A DNA stretch of 64,000 nucleotides from Kudoa neothunni (Eukaryota > Animalia > Cnidaria), in the NCBI GenBank assembly GCA_964304625.1, contig OZ199838.1:7861466-7925465 (forward strand), in the 5' to 3' direction. The translations under genes were made by a program, and so were the position numbers. The notes under the pieces are model-generated. The model was not told where the DNA came from. It saw only the letters and a program-made list of their open reading frames with translations, and ran no database searches. Below are positions 23,296 to 39,300 of the stretch, in pieces. Within the stretch, counting starts at the first letter, position 1. Each line of letters starts with the position of its first letter.

Positions 23296-24311
23296 TATGT
23301 TTATTACAAATGTAAACTTTATTTCTTTTTTTAACAATTCTAGTTATTCAATTTAATTATTAAAGACCAATAAATGTTATTGAATTTTTATTATAATTAG
23401 ATGTGTTATTGGATAATTAAGATAAAATTTAATTAAAATCATACATAATTTAAACTAATAATCTAAGCGTGTATACGTCATAGCATCGATATGGGTACCG
23501 ATGAGAACTAAAAATTCCAATAACTCGTACTGGTCGGAAAAAATGGTATCGGTGCAATCTTTCGTTTAATTATCGTCATATACCCAGGACAAGCGATGAC
23601 AATAATTAAATTATCAAAAGTCTTACGATTTTTTATACAAAAAACAAAATTCCAACTGCAGTAATCATTGCCAATATTGGCGATCTCCAACTATTTAGAA
23701 GTCTGGAGATTGTCCGGGTCAATTCACGGCGTTGATATTTAAGCCGTCTGAGATATCTGATATTGTGAGGACTGAACATGATTGATGCTTACTTTTGGTT
23801 CTTTGATAACCAATCCGGCCTTTGAGTGTTATGGAATCGTTATAGTAGCGGATCTCATTTTTTGCTGTTGGTCATTTATATTCTCTATATTATTAGAAAA
23901 TTGGGTTATAATTTCATATATAAATTGATTTCACAACTTCCACAAATAATCTGCGTTTGAAAGAAGGGACCCTTGACTATTATTCGTGGTAATATCTATG
24001 CATAGAATATAGAGCAATATTCTCATTACGAACATTAAGTTTTTGCCATGGAAATTAATTTCAAACACGCTAAAGGTGTTATCTAGGTAGAACAACTATT
24101 GTTATTCTAATAATGATTTAACAAATGTGAATTATGCTAAAAAGTGGATTGAGAACTAAATTTGTTAATTTTAACTAGCGAAACATATTGAAATTCTTTA
24201 TGAATAGGTTACGGGCTGAGTTGATATGAACCCAATTTATAATGCTTAGTCAATAGCCACATTAAACGGTAGAACCCCGTAAGTCGAATTTGAGAAAAGT
24301 TTATTTTTGTG

Positions 24312-27300
24312 ATGAGCTTGGAACGTCATATACTGGAAATTGATCCAGATAATATAAGCCGCTATTCAAGACCTAGTTACGATGTTGCCAAAACGATCAG
24401 AGTCATTGACAATAAAGCCAAAAATCCTGTACACGCTGGAGCTACAACAAGTTTTTTTTATTTGCGTATAAATGGATAAGATTTCTTAGCCTGTGTGGAT
24501 GATGAGCATATCGACAAAGTTAAAGATAGGATAAAGAGACTGAAGAGGCTTTATTTCGTCCCAAATAATTTTTTTAAAAAGGATAAAAGTTTGTTCTTGT
24601 TCTGCAAAAATAATTTGTTGAGAAAATACGTTACAGTTTTATTAAACTCAAATGTAATATAATTATATTGCGTTTGTATCTTATATTAAAAAAATTTAGG
24701 GATTTAAAACCAATATTTTTCTAACGATCATAGCCAATCTAATAACGGCTGTCATAAAAACACAATCAAACTATAACGACACTACAAAATATATTACAAT
24801 TGTGGTAACGAGAAAATTATTGTAAAATTTATAATTATATGAATTTAGGATGGCTTAAGTGATTATTTTACTTACATATATCTGTTTGAAGTTTTTTTAA
24901 AAATGATTTCCTTGGGTGCTATTTGGGGTAAAAATACATATCTTAGAGACCCTTTGAATATTCTGGATTTTTTGGCAACTATAATTGGGTGCTTAGTTTG
25001 TATTTTATAACGATTATAATTTTTTTAGTGTTTTAAAACTGAAATACATTAACTTGTTGAAAAACAATACTATTTTTGAATCTGCAGTTGTTCTAAGGGT
25101 ACTACGCCCTATTAGTTTTCTTAATTCGTTCCAAAGTATCAAAGTTTTATTTAATTGGAGTGTATGATATTTTAGACGTCAGTATACTTGTAGAAACATT
25201 CAGTTTGATATGGAAAAACGTCTTAACCATATTGTTCATTTATTTAATGGTCTTGATAACTTTAGCATTAGTTGGAAGAAGCATTTATGACTTAAACCGA
25301 CACATGTTTACATCTACAAATGCTTCAGTACATATTAACAATGATAAATGTAACGAAAAGAGTATCCCTAACTCTATCTTGGCCAAAGATTGTATACAAA
25401 CATTAAACAACTCGAGATTTGGATACGACATGAAATTCGGAAATTTTTACGACTCATTGATGACCGTACTAATTATCTCTTCTTCCCATCACTGGAAAGA
25501 AAATTATAATAAGGTAATTTTTTATCGCGAATTAATAATTTTATTTTGGTAAAATCATCTTGTGCATTTCAGAAACAAAAAATATATATTACGCAGAATT
25601 TTTTTTATCCTTTTATAAAGTCTTGCTTTTAATTAATTCATAAATGGTGATAGTTATTGTATGATAAATATAGCTAACCAATGATACTTACGTTCAAATA
25701 ATTTTTTTGACATTACAATAGATTTAAAAAAATTTGTATGAGATAAATATACATTACTATAATCATGAGTCAATAAGAAGTAATATAAATGGGAATCTAT
25801 AATAGATTCATAATAGCAATGTTTCAGCGCTGTATCGCTAATTAAAATTTAAATGCGCTACAGAAATATGAGCATAAAACTTTATCTTACAACCATTTTA
25901 ATCATTAGGAGATATTTCTTGAATTCTAATGTGCATTAAACATATATAAATAATACTTATTTCAATTTGAAATATTAAATTAGATCATTTACAGCTATTA
26001 CTAACCTCTTTAATTAAAATCATCTTTTATAAATTACTGATCAAAAATATTTTATTATCTTTGAAAAAAAAATCCGTTATACGTATCATAAAACTATTAA
26101 TGTGAATAATAAATAATGGATACATTTACTTTTGAAGTTATTGTGCTCTAATAAATTATTTAAATGCCAAAACATAAATTTAATGTAAATTAAGAGCTCT
26201 CTTTAATTTTTTACAATAGGAATATTAAATATAAAGCAATAACTTATATTAATAGTTATTACGTTCCTAAATATTTATTTATGGGAGAGGGATAACTTTA
26301 AAAAATGCTTCAATAATTTTTAAATGCTAGTGCGAAATATAAGGAAAGAAACACACGCTTCCATAGTTGAAATATGCGCTGGCTATTGTTTTCGTTAAAT
26401 CCATATAGCTTTGTTAATTTCTTCAAGGTATTTCATTCATTGTATTAACACATTCCTAAAATCCCTAGATAAAAAAACTTATCCAGTCACTAGCGCTAAT
26501 GCCCAGCTTTGCCTGGCACTATATGATGGAAAATTTTAACTTTAAATTTTATTTTTGAATGGAGAAATTTTACGGAAGGTTTAATCTAGTTAGCACGTTA
26601 AACCCTGCAAATTTTATTTTTCTATTTAAATGGTTTCATTTTAAAACTTGTCATTATTTTTGCAATGTGATGATTTAGAAAAAAAAAATTTTGCGCGCAC
26701 TTTCCATTCAAATATAAACAGAGGTATGGGGAGAAATTAATGAGTAATTTTAAGTTTATTTTACAAATTATTGATAAAAAATATAATCACCTCAATTTAT
26801 GAGCGATTTAATTAACGGTTAAAGTTCATTTATTTATTAAACAAAATCATTAAGTAATTTAAGTAGGACTTTCGAATCTTTCCAAAATCTTACGATACAA
26901 ATTAATCCTTCTAGTTATAAAATTTATTATTAGTCTACAAACGATAAAAAAATAAAATCGACCTAGGGTGCGTCAGAAATAAAAATATTAATTATTACTC
27001 CTTTTTTTTGCAATTTTATAATGGATGTTAATTAGGTTTTAATAATCTGTGAGTGTTAACTTACGTATTCACTATTTTAGCATATTTTCCCGATTTTTAA
27101 ATAAATGAAACCTTTTTTTTTAACAAAAATACTTGCTGGTTTAAAAATATACAAATTTAATTATCAAAATACGATTAAATCTAAAATGTAAAGGCGTTTT
27201 TGATGTGGAAAATTACAGTAATGCTTAAATATCAACTGGGTTTCTCAAAGGAGTGCATCCTTTTAAAAATAAACGTACTGTTTGATTGTCCTAAAAAATT

Positions 27301-30300
27301 CCTTTGTATTTAACTTTTCTTAGATTAACGAAAACTTTGTGAATATATCGGTTAGAACAAATAAACCAATAATTTCCTGTTAACTTACATGGCACATATT
27401 GAGAGGGGACTGTATTTTGTGCAAAAGTAATCGTGAATATAAATTCTTAAACCACGTATAAAATGAGGTGTCGTATACTTTCATGCAGCTTTTATATCAT
27501 AATGAATTAGTGCGAGCCTAAAGAAAACAGTATATTGATTTGAATATTAACCTTAAGGTCTGGGGGTAAGGAATAATTAGGTTACTACGAACTTAAACAT
27601 TTAAAAAATTGTCTCATCGAACTTAGAAACTTATCGAATTAGTGATGCCAACCATTTTTCAAGAAAGTTTAGGAAAACAAAATAATGAGTAAAAACTTAT
27701 CGAAATGAATATAATTTCAATCTCAATCGATATATTTGATAAAATGAAATTTTCACATCTCAGAAATTCCAATGGAGCATAATTTTCATTTAAGAAGTTA
27801 TCACAAAAATTTAATTATTTGAAAACACTACACATACCTACATCGCTTTTAGAATGTGTATAGACTCAAATTATTTCAACGTGACAACAACTTGTAATCT
27901 CAAATTATATGTTTTATTTAAAATGATTCTAACATTTTTCGCTTAGCTATATCCATAATACTTGAAAAATGAAAATACATATTAAATAATTTGGTTACGC
28001 TTCGAATTTTAAGGGAAATTCTCCATCTCTTGTAAATATGGCTTTAATGGCAATATCTGTCTTAAAATTACTCCAAACAGGCATATGTAACATTTTTGAA
28101 ACATTGTATACCAAAATTAACGGATTTACCTGGTATATCGCGAGTAAAAATTCATTTAATTGATTATCACTTTGAAGTAAACAACATCAATATTATTCAG
28201 GTATATTTAATCTGTTTATTGATATAGGAAACCAGAAGATTTCTTACTTCTGATAACGATATTGATTATGTTTATACTTCTAAGTAAATGGAAGATTTAC
28301 ACCCTCCGAGTAAAATTGGAGTATTTTTACATCCCATATTCTTTTTAAACCAAACGATTAAATATTCAAAAATAATTATTTTTGAAAATTTTGAAGAATT
28401 TTAATCGATTAAATTTGAAATTATAGACCAATATTTCTAGCTAAACATTAACCGCGCACGCGCACAAATCAAAAATGACGCATATCGTAGAAGTAGAATG
28501 TTTATTGACAATACGTTTAAGATTCTATTTTACGAAAGCTTTTAAGCAGCATTAGAATTATTTTGTTAAATATACGAAAAAGAATAACAATAATAATAAG
28601 ACAAAATTGACATAATTATCGGTTAAAACAAATGACTGGAATGGAATTTGCAGTAAGATGAAGCACAAATGTCGCATTTTATTTTGGGCTTTCTATCATA
28701 TTTCTTATCGAAAAATCGACATCTCCCCTAACTATTTTGTCCAATTATAACTGAGGAGTCTTCACTAGCTGTCATATTTTGTTTCCGTCTCGAAAGTAGT
28801 CGATGTGTCAATTGGGTTGCCATCATTTTCAAAAATTCCCTCCGGAGTAATTTTGAAGGAGGGAATAAATTTTTGTATACACAAAAAGCATTAATCAGAC
28901 TGATATCAACCATGTTAAAGAAAACAATTAACGGCCAACAACAAGATATTAGTCTCACATTTGTTTCTGTCAATAATCTGGAAATCGTATCGACTCCGCC
29001 TTTTACTGCATTATAACATCAGGTTTAAATGGCTTTTCCGTTGATATTTGGGTGTTTGTCGAGGAGGAACAAAGCATAGAAGCAGGTTAATTTCTTCGAG
29101 GCTGATATGTTAGTATCATTTCTTTGTTATTAAAAACAAAAAGAGATGAATGAAGAGGAGTCGTTCTATCTGGTCTCAAATATGGCGGTATCTCCCTCTT
29201 ATTTGAACGCATCGTTCCAACAATCGTAAGTTTTTTTTGTAACAATTCATCCGCTAACTCAATAGACGTGAAATAATTGTCACATACGACATTTCGACCA
29301 GAACGTTCAAATGGTTCCACTAACTTTAAAACAATATTCCTCCCAACATTTACAGCCCCCGTATCATTTTGAGATCGCTTTCCCAAATAGAGCATTGCAT
29401 TGCAAACAAAAGTTGACTTGGGTCAGTTATTAAAAAAAACTTTAAGCCATATTTTGAAGTCTTTTTGGCATATATTGTTTGAATTTACAACGACCTCTAA
29501 AAGCCACAAGTTGCTCTCATCGATGCAAAGATCCTCAAAAGGTCGAAAACTCTGGATAAGCGAGCCAACCCAGATATCCCAGAGTTCACGAATGTGGCAA
29601 AATTTATCTGACATTTTTCTTATCTCTCGTGTTTTCAAATCGTCGAAATGAAGAGCTATCTTGATTTGTCGGAATCGATTTAAAGAAAATAGGTCACGAT
29701 AAACTTGTCTTCCCTCTTCTAACCCAAACAATTCTTTGACTGGTTGTAAATTATCGTCAAATATTCCCATTAACAATAAACATCCGATGAATCCATCGAA
29801 TTCGACACTATCTAATTGCTTCCAAGCATCACCGAACAATTTTTACCGTATTGATTTGTATGTTTCAAAATTAAATCATACATTTCCTGGCGAAAAAACA
29901 CTTTAAACGTATCAATAATTTCATTTACATTCTGCAAAACGAAGGATGAAAGAACAGTACGACTGGTCAAAATGTTTTTGGCTGCAGTTCTAGAAGTCGA
30001 GGGTTTTTTAATTGTCTTTAAAGTTCCAGTCTTCTCTATTAAAGAGTCAGATGGAGCATTGATTTCAACTTCCGAATTATCTGATGACGTATCACATATA
30101 AAGGAATAACCCAGGTCAGAAGAATCAGCATCAGAGCAGCTGCCGCTATACTCACTCGAGCTCATTTTACTAACGTCAAATGGCGCACGCGCACAGCATA
30201 TGACCAGTACTATTTGTTGATTAAAACAATAATTCGTCGATGAAATTGTATCAAATTTACCAAAAAAATATTTTTTATTTTGAACAATTTAGTTTAAAAA

Positions 30301-33300
30301 ATGTGGGATGTAAAAATACCCCAATTTTACTCGGAGGGTATTTTCGCGTTATATTTTATTTTATTTTACAAAACAAAAAATTTTATCAGGTAGAATATGT
30401 ATTATATAACGTTAAAAGATTAGACGGAATATACAAAATTTTAGTCTTAGATTTGAGGTAAAAAATTAAAGATTAAATAGGCCTGGGGTATAAAAATACC
30501 CCATTTTACTTGGAAGGTTAATAAAAAACAAATTAAATCCAGCTAGTTAACCAATAAAGTAAGGATGATTGAAAAGTATATGATTATACTTACGTAAACT
30601 GGTGGTAAGTTCAAATCATAACGTCATAGTTATATTTTATGACGATATTACACAATGTTCATTTTTCGTACTACAGTGGGCGTCGGATAAAACATGCTCT
30701 CCTTTGGACCATAAAAAAGTGTGTGTTTAAAACAGGGATTAATTCAATTATGCATAATTTTAACCGTGGATAACAACTAACATTACCAAGTAATGTCAAC
30801 TTTTTTAAGATTATTATTTAGTTTATTAAATAGTTTGTAAATATGTCAATAGCCATCCATGGCTTCTTATTTGAAAAATGGGTGGCCAGTGTTTGCTTTA
30901 AGTTTTTAAAACATCTTGGATGACCCTAATGACGAATTACAATGGGTTAAAGTTTTTCATCTTAAAATGATAAACTTAATAAAGTGAATTCTGTTTTGAG
31001 CATTTAGCAATTTTTTCGTTGGAAAGGATGTAATTTCGTCTTAAAAAAATCAAGAATATATCCTGCTGCTGGATTTAGATTTCATTAATCATACTTATTT
31101 GTTGCTGGTAAAATAAAGCTGTGTTATCTAGATCATAAACTTTCTCAGCTTTATAATTATTTAAATGTTCAATCATGAACAGGTTCTGTTTCAACCATGG
31201 TTGGTTGTGCCATGAAAGTTTAATCGAAGTAAATTAAACCTCTCTTTGAAACCCTAGAGCCAATCCTAACTAAATTCTGTATCTTTACTAATTTTGTATT
31301 GTGTCTCATATTGCTGTGTAATAATTTCCACTGAAGTTGAATCAAAATTTTTTGCCTTCATCTATGAAATCGATTCATATACTTGCTGAGTTACTTATTT
31401 TGTGGGCCTTTCTTTAATGCTAATCGACTTACTTTACTAACAAACTTCCAACAGCCTGCATTATTTTAGCTTTCTTTGGTAAAATACGGTTTAAAGTAAA
31501 TATAAATTTAAGAGCCAAATATTTGACAATGTGTCTTTTTGCTTTTCGATATAAGCTGTCTCCGAAATACTTCAATATATTATATTTTATGTTCATTATG
31601 TATCGTTTGTGAGATTTTTTCCAGGCATGTTGTTAAGCAGGCTGGAAACGGCGTGAATCTTAAGGCGGCCGCATAGAAAAAAATGCGGATTACAAACAAT
31701 GGGCCATACTTGCATTTTTACGTAATTCAACAAAATAAATATTTTAAAAGATAATTGAAGTTTTATTGATTAGTTTAGCGTAAATATATCATCAACATAA
31801 ATTTACGCTAAATTCATGTAATTTATGCGATAAGATAAAAAATGCGGATGAAACACATTGCCATTAACCATTGTATCAGCAAGCCAACTATAAGTCGATC
31901 GTTAGGATAGTTTATGTCTTTTTTATTCCAAAACGGAAAACCAAGCCAATAATTAGTATAATCAGTCAGAAGAAGTTGTTCAACTTTTATTTTTGGATGT
32001 AATTTGCAATTAAAATGCATTCCTCATAGTGTATTCTGTCTATCATACTCAACCTTATTTTTAAAAATAATTTTTTTTTACTTTTTTTAAAATTTTTACA
32101 TCATGTTATTTTTAGTTGCGTTTCAATTTCAATGGGTTTGAAAATATTACATGTGCAGTGTATCTTATCGCTGTAACCCTATCGTCGTACTTAACAATAT
32201 ATTTGATACTTGGTCTCTTGTCAAAGTAATTCGAAATATCAAAAATATAAACAATTAATGATATATTACTAGATATATGTGGGACATTCAGTACTATTAT
32301 GACAAACGAACAAATATAATCTGTCGAAATAATAAAAGTTACGTGCATGAAAAATTGGAAGGTTATACCGATTGGTTATTTTATGGTAAGAATGTTCGAA
32401 TACGCATGGAAACATCGAACCATACGACTGACAATTATGCAACAAATGAATTTCGATCTATGAACGTTTTTGCCTCAAGAATAAATCCAAAGTAGGAATA
32501 AATCAAAATATATTTGTCTTATTTATGATTAAACTAAGATTTTCTGATTTTTTGTCTATTAATTTCTCCATTGTCAAGTCGAAATTGAAAAAGATAAATA
32601 GATCAAAAGAATTGTACTGGGCAGAATTGATAGTTATATTGATAAACACTGCTTCACATCTAAGTTTTTTCCACACAAATAATTTTGAATTTCAATGGAT
32701 AACAACAATTCAAAGTATATCAATATTGGTTACGCTTCTGAAGTTATTTAGGAATTATTGACGTTTCTTCTGGAATGCTCTACGTTGCTTTTTTTACCAT
32801 CAAAGTAATCTGTGTTGACAAATCTAAGGATTTACTTTTCACAGAACCTATAGTGGATGCAATGGTAAGTGAGCATGTGGACTCGAAGCTAAATATTCCA
32901 ATCATTAAAACCCCAACTAGCACATAAGAGAGATTAAAATCTGAATTTGTAACGTTTTAATGTATTTTAGTATGACAAAACTTAGTTTGATTAATTAATA
33001 ATAGAAACTACTCTCTATCACACTTTAATGTGAATATCTCATCGAAATTATTTTATAGTTATAATGAGGGTTTTTATAAAAAGGAAATATTATTATATTA
33101 TATAATAAATAAATATTGTTACTTTAATATGGTTTAAATTATCTTTTAACTATATTATTTGATTGATAAAAAAATTTTTCTTCAATCTTAACGCAAATAT
33201 TTCAATAGTTAATGTTGGCATAGGGATGAATAATATTTATTTTTAATGTATAATGCTGACAAATATATACTATTATAACGGGAAATTCTTGTAGTATTAT

Positions 33301-36300
33301 TTGGCGAAAAATGAAAATTTTTGAATGCTAATTCCTGTTCCAGTAAACATAGTAATGGCTTTTCCTTTTCAATCATTTCACGATATTTTTCTTCCTTACA
33401 TGGGTTTTCATAAATTTTTGTGCAATATAACTATTCATTTAGAAAAGTTTTTCATCGGTATTTTTGAAATCGAGTCAATATATGAATTATCTTACTATTA
33501 AGATGTTAAAGATTTATTTGCCGGGAAAATTTAAATATTGATTTCACCATCGTGGTTTCTACGATACAAAAATTATTTTCATAAATTACCGTATATGGTA
33601 TCCTTATAATCGTAAAATGGGTTTCCAAAATTTTACTGAATTCAATCAGAAATATACAAACTGTGAAATAGTTTTCAACTAATTTAATATTTTCCACAAG
33701 AAATACTATACAGGAGGTAGTCGATTTTCCGTACTTTTATTTTTTCTTCTCTTATATATAATTATCAGACTTAAAACAATTTCTGAAAATCAATAAAGTT
33801 TGTTTTATTCAATTAAAATTAAAAGTTCCAAGGAAAAATTATTTTATAAAAATAGGGATTATCGATTTTACGTAACTTTTCAAAATCCTTTGTTTTAATG
33901 AATTAAATCCATGATAATATTATAAATAATTTAGACATAACGAAAAGTTTATTATTTCCCCATTTTTTAAGGATTTGCGAATAAAACCCGGTAAATCTTT
34001 TACATTCTTGTGTGGTTTTAAACTCGTATCTATTTCTGTTTTGAAGACTACTGAATGAATAATGTCGAATTCATTTCTTCATGTAAAATAAGCTTGGATT
34101 AATTCAAACAAAAATTCCCGGAAGAGGGATCATATAATAATTTTTTCTGTAGTTAGTAATTGATTGAAGGCATTAGAGCCAAGAAAACCGATTTATTACA
34201 GACGATTAAATATGAAAAAAATAGTAAAGGAATTCGATTAAAATAATTTATTACTTATAGGAGCTTTTATGATTACAGATCGTGCCTTAATTTAAAAAGG
34301 ATAAATTTTCTTGGATAGCCATTTATGCACTCAACATTGTTACGATAAGTAGTAGAATAAATTGAGTGCTATTGCTGAAAAATCTTCTACCGACCTTTTT
34401 TGTACAATTTATATAAGACTATATTAATTAAATCAACAAAACAATGTCAAATAATTTTTATGTGCATAAATTTGTTGAGGAAAACTTTTATTTACGTCTG
34501 GAATCCAATTCATATCTAGAAATGGTATCTAAAATGATTTAGAGTTAATTTTATCCGTCTACTTCTGGTAGTTGTTCAGATCGTTCTTTGATTTGTCGTC
34601 ACAAAAATTAACGCGTTTTTAAAGGCGGTAAAAATTTACCCATTTAATTTGAGTAAATTAAAAAAGCAAGAATGAGGATGAAACATTAAAAATATATCTA
34701 ATTTGTTAAAATAGTAATTTCAAAAATATTGTTAACAATTTATGTCTCTGTAGGTCAACTTTTAACCATGGGACCAAATTTTATAACGTCAATCCTGTAT
34801 TTTTCAAAAAATCCAGAAAGTTAACTATTATCTATCAATAAACGAATAATTTTTGTTAAGGATCCAACTACAAAAGTATTATTTCGGTTAAAAACTACAT
34901 TATTTAATAGGATGGAGATCTAAATGCATATAGCCATAAAATTTTCTTTAATTTATTTCAAAAATATTAAAATCTTTCTGAAAGTTAATAATTTTGAACT
35001 TAATTATATTACATCAATACAAAATACTTTCATTGTATGTGCACGTATCAAAAAGTAGGGAAAATCGGTCAATGATGCATTTTCAGTAACTTCTCTCTGG
35101 TCCCGAGAGGATTACGGAAAATCGATTCCCTACTGTACATGCACAAGGAAAATAATATTTTTGTTTTATATAAATCAAAATATAATATATAATATATAAA
35201 TATTTGATGAAAATCAAAATTACTATTAATATTTTTGACTTATCACAGTTTAAATAAAAACTAATTATCATTTTATTTTCTGATTTTATCTATCGTTAGA
35301 TAAAATTTGGCATGACAGATTTTTAATGTTGCATTTCTGATCTCCTAAAAGCCTACATAATATATTTACTTCATATGATATTGTTGAGAAGAAAAAAATG
35401 TCGATCAATTAAAACATACAAGCCGAAATTCATTTTGTTTATACATTCCATACTGCACGCATAGGCAATGGTTTAGATACATTACCTGATTTTCATCTCT
35501 AATAATTTTCAATATTAATATTTGGTGATTCCTATACCTAGAATAGGATTTGATTGGACACATTCTCATAAAATATGTTCTAGTCTCAATTTTTTGGGGA
35601 ATAAATACTTAATACATAATTCAAACTTTTAGACATTTCCGTTTTTATCAGAATCACTTTTCATAACATCGTTATTTGGGGTTTTATACTTGCTATATTG
35701 TTTATTAATATAATGTTTCAACAATTAGATAACGTTTTCTGGAATGATCGAAATAATTTTATTCTTTTCTTTGAAAACTTACGTCATTAAATTCACAATT
35801 TTTAAGTCATACAAAATATTAAAGTTGTTATATGTTTACAAGTAAGATAATTATATTTTTCACTCTATGTTTTATTAAGGCTGAGAGAAGAAACTGAGAA
35901 GTTAATTCCTCCTTTTGTCAAGTTGATGAAATTTCTGGCTGTAATTATGGTGATAACGAGTTTTCTGTTGTTCTCCATGGCGTTGATCTTTGTTACGGCA
36001 TTATCTGGAAGGTAATATACTATCATTCCTTATTTTATACGACAAAATTTAGAAACGAATTAAATATGAATCAAGCATCCAATTATAAATCGTTTTACGA
36101 TGGTTTTATTTCGACATTTCAAGTAATCAATTAAATATGGTGATTCAATACCCCTTGATCTACGTTGATTAGAATTTACTGTTATCCTGCTAAACGATAT
36201 ACTTTAAAAACATTTTAAACACTTTTGCATTCATGAATAATCTGCTTTAGAATTTTGTAGGTATTAACGAGATTGAATATCTTAAAGATCCTCAATATTT

Positions 36301-39300
36301 TATTGGCATCATGATTTTTAGAGCATTACGGTAAAGGCTTCGACATAGCGAGGTTCTTTGGAAATAACTATTTACCACACATTAGCCAGACCCCACTCAA
36401 TATCATAAGTTCGAGCATGAGTGCTAAGATTAATTTGTTGGCCGAAAAATTATCAATTTATTTAAACCTGGTTTTAGACTTTGTAATCTTGTATATCGCA
36501 TCAATTATAAGTTAAATGTGAAATAGTATGGAAGGAACTTAAAGCATAAATGATTTCCTAATAGTATTTATGGCTGCTTTCAACTCTGAGATCGGAACTA
36601 GTTGATTTTCACCAACATAATCAAGATTCTCGTCCACAATTTGATGGCCCTTTAACATTTGTATTAGAGATAACATGTGTCTTCCTGTGTAGCTTCGGCT
36701 TGTTCTGATTCACCCACTTTGCCCGTGTTGTTACTTAGCAGTAGATTTATAATGAACCAATTATAATGCATACCATCAATTATTACATTCTCTGTATAAC
36801 CCACATCTATTTTAATTTGTTGTTGATATTTTTTTCATAAATCAATTCCACAATTTCTGAACATCGGAAAATGCTTAAAACCACTTTGAACAGTTGAGCT
36901 CGTCACAATCCCCGACGGCGCTTTTAATATACAAAGACAATCCAAGATAGTATATTCCAAAATGTTCGTCAATTCTTTATTAAATAGAAACTTTCTATCC
37001 AATGGTTTTCTGCAGTTAGTTATCAAACAATGAACGATCCCGAGATCCGTTGGTTGAGAGATACTAGTAGTAATCCTTGGAAGAAAAATCAATTCAGTAT
37101 TGTTAAATTGATTCACTAGTTGAGGATGAGATAGAAAGTGACCTAGGATAATGAAAACGTTTCTATTTAATTAGTTGAATTGGTTTTCAAAGTTTTTACG
37201 ATTATTTAAGTGTGATGCTGCTGATATCCAACCATATTTTGGAAGAGATAATTTACTGGAAGGTTACCGATATCGTTAAACCAAAGCGGCTTACATTTTA
37301 CTATGACACATGAAAGAATCCTTGCCAGCAAACAAAGCAGTTACTAAGGTGACTCTCTTTTTGGAAAACTTCATTCCTTTCAACTTAATTTCATTTTGAG
37401 TGGTATATGTTGGTTGCGGTAACTGTTCGTGGAAATGAACTGCCTGGTACAAATTAATAATGTCCTCTCATTTGAACCTTTGTAAAACTTAAGCAATCGT
37501 ATAGGTCCATTCAAATACAGCATTTGCATTGGTATTTCCATTCTCATCATGCAATCTAATTTTTTCCAAACAATACCTTGTCTTAAATTTGGAAACTATC
37601 CCTAACAGCACCAAAAATCGTCAATTTTTAGGCTTTCAGCTACTCCTTCAGCTTTTTAGATTGTTAAAAACCTAGGAATATTCTTCTTTTTCCCCTGTCA
37701 GCGTAGAGTTTTATTGCATAGGAAATTTCCAACCCATTGTATTATCCGTTCTTCATTCTTATGCAGTCTGTAGATATATTTGAATTAATTAATCAGCATC
37801 CTTTGATACTATCCCGTCTAAAGACAATTAATCTATTTTTATTCAATATCGATCGAGTAATATTAACTCCTTGGGAAATGAAAATCTTACGTAGTCTTAA
37901 ATTTTTTCTCATAGCATTGACTGAATGGGTTTATATTATTGAATAATTATTATTTTTTTCGTTAATATTTCATCGAGATCTACTCATTTCAGCTTTTCCG
38001 TCGCCACAATAGGCAGAGCGATTAGATTAATCCTGAAAAATGTTATGCAATAGCAAGACCCACTATTCTCAGTGATTCCAATTTTTTAAATGAAACTAAA
38101 AACGCATATGCGATTACTTGTATCCTGCAAAGTAGTAATATGGAATTTTCCAAATGTTTAGGAAATAAATAATAACGGGAAATGGATAAACACGCTATAT
38201 AGAACCATGCAATATCGAGACGTTTAGTGTGTGTTTCTCATTATCAATTAATTCAAAGGTTGAAAATAAGGAATTTTCTTTAAATTAATAAATTATTCTA
38301 TCAATTTTTCTGCTACTCCATACAGTATAAGGTCTTGATATTGCGTAATTTAACGTTTGTGCTATATATTATTTATTTTATTTAAATAGTTTATTTGTTA
38401 GTACTTATCCAAAGGAATCTACGTTATATATTTCTATAAAACTTAAATTACTTATATATTAAGAAATATGGAATTATGGTGGGTCTCGCTACTGCGTAAC
38501 CGTTTTCTCAATTTCAATTTTATAAGCCTTGAATTATACTTCCCCAATGTTCATTTTAGCCAAAACAATGGCTATTGGCATTGTGAATAATACTCAAGTG
38601 TCACTAGTTTGGATTATATCTAACCATTTCTGGTCCCTAGGAATGAAGCAATTGACCAGAAATATTTAAATATAACAGATTTTAAAAATTAAACTCTATA
38701 TATCAGCCAAAAAAGGGGAATGCTACGATTAAAAAGGGATATTGAGCATGCATGCCATTTAGGATTAACAATGCTCGTTGCGATAGCTTCTGCCTTTAAC
38801 TAAACCCTAACAAAGCGTTAGGGAGAAAATTAGAAATCGAATGTTTTGTAGATCAATCGAATAAACTTAATGCTAGAAAGAAGTCTGCAGAGCATCTTTA
38901 CTTTCAAACTGAAAGATTCTATAGTTTTATTATTTTAAGGGAGGTCATTCAATGTTTATCTAATTTTTCCATAAAATATTTTAATTAAAAATTGAAATAT
39001 TACTCGAACTGAAATAACATTAAACTGATGAAAATATGGACGAGCTGAAAACAACCTCCAAACATGGTTGCAGTGATAAAGGATAAAGTGAAAATATTCC
39101 TGATCACTTAGTTATTAAAATTTAAAACTATAGACAATAAACATTCGGATAAATAATTCAAGTGGGAGCAAAATCGGATTTACGAATTTAGAAAGTCCTT
39201 TTTGGTGTATGGGTATTAAATTTCATCAATAAACGTACGACGAAACATTATGATGTATACGAATGATATTTAACTTCTCGGGTATAACTTCTAAAAATAA

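Noticed and set aside
23634-23780. ~48-codon minus ORF with hydrophobic tail, divergent from the channel gene
   Set aside because: Too short, no motif, and no convincing multi-exon model.
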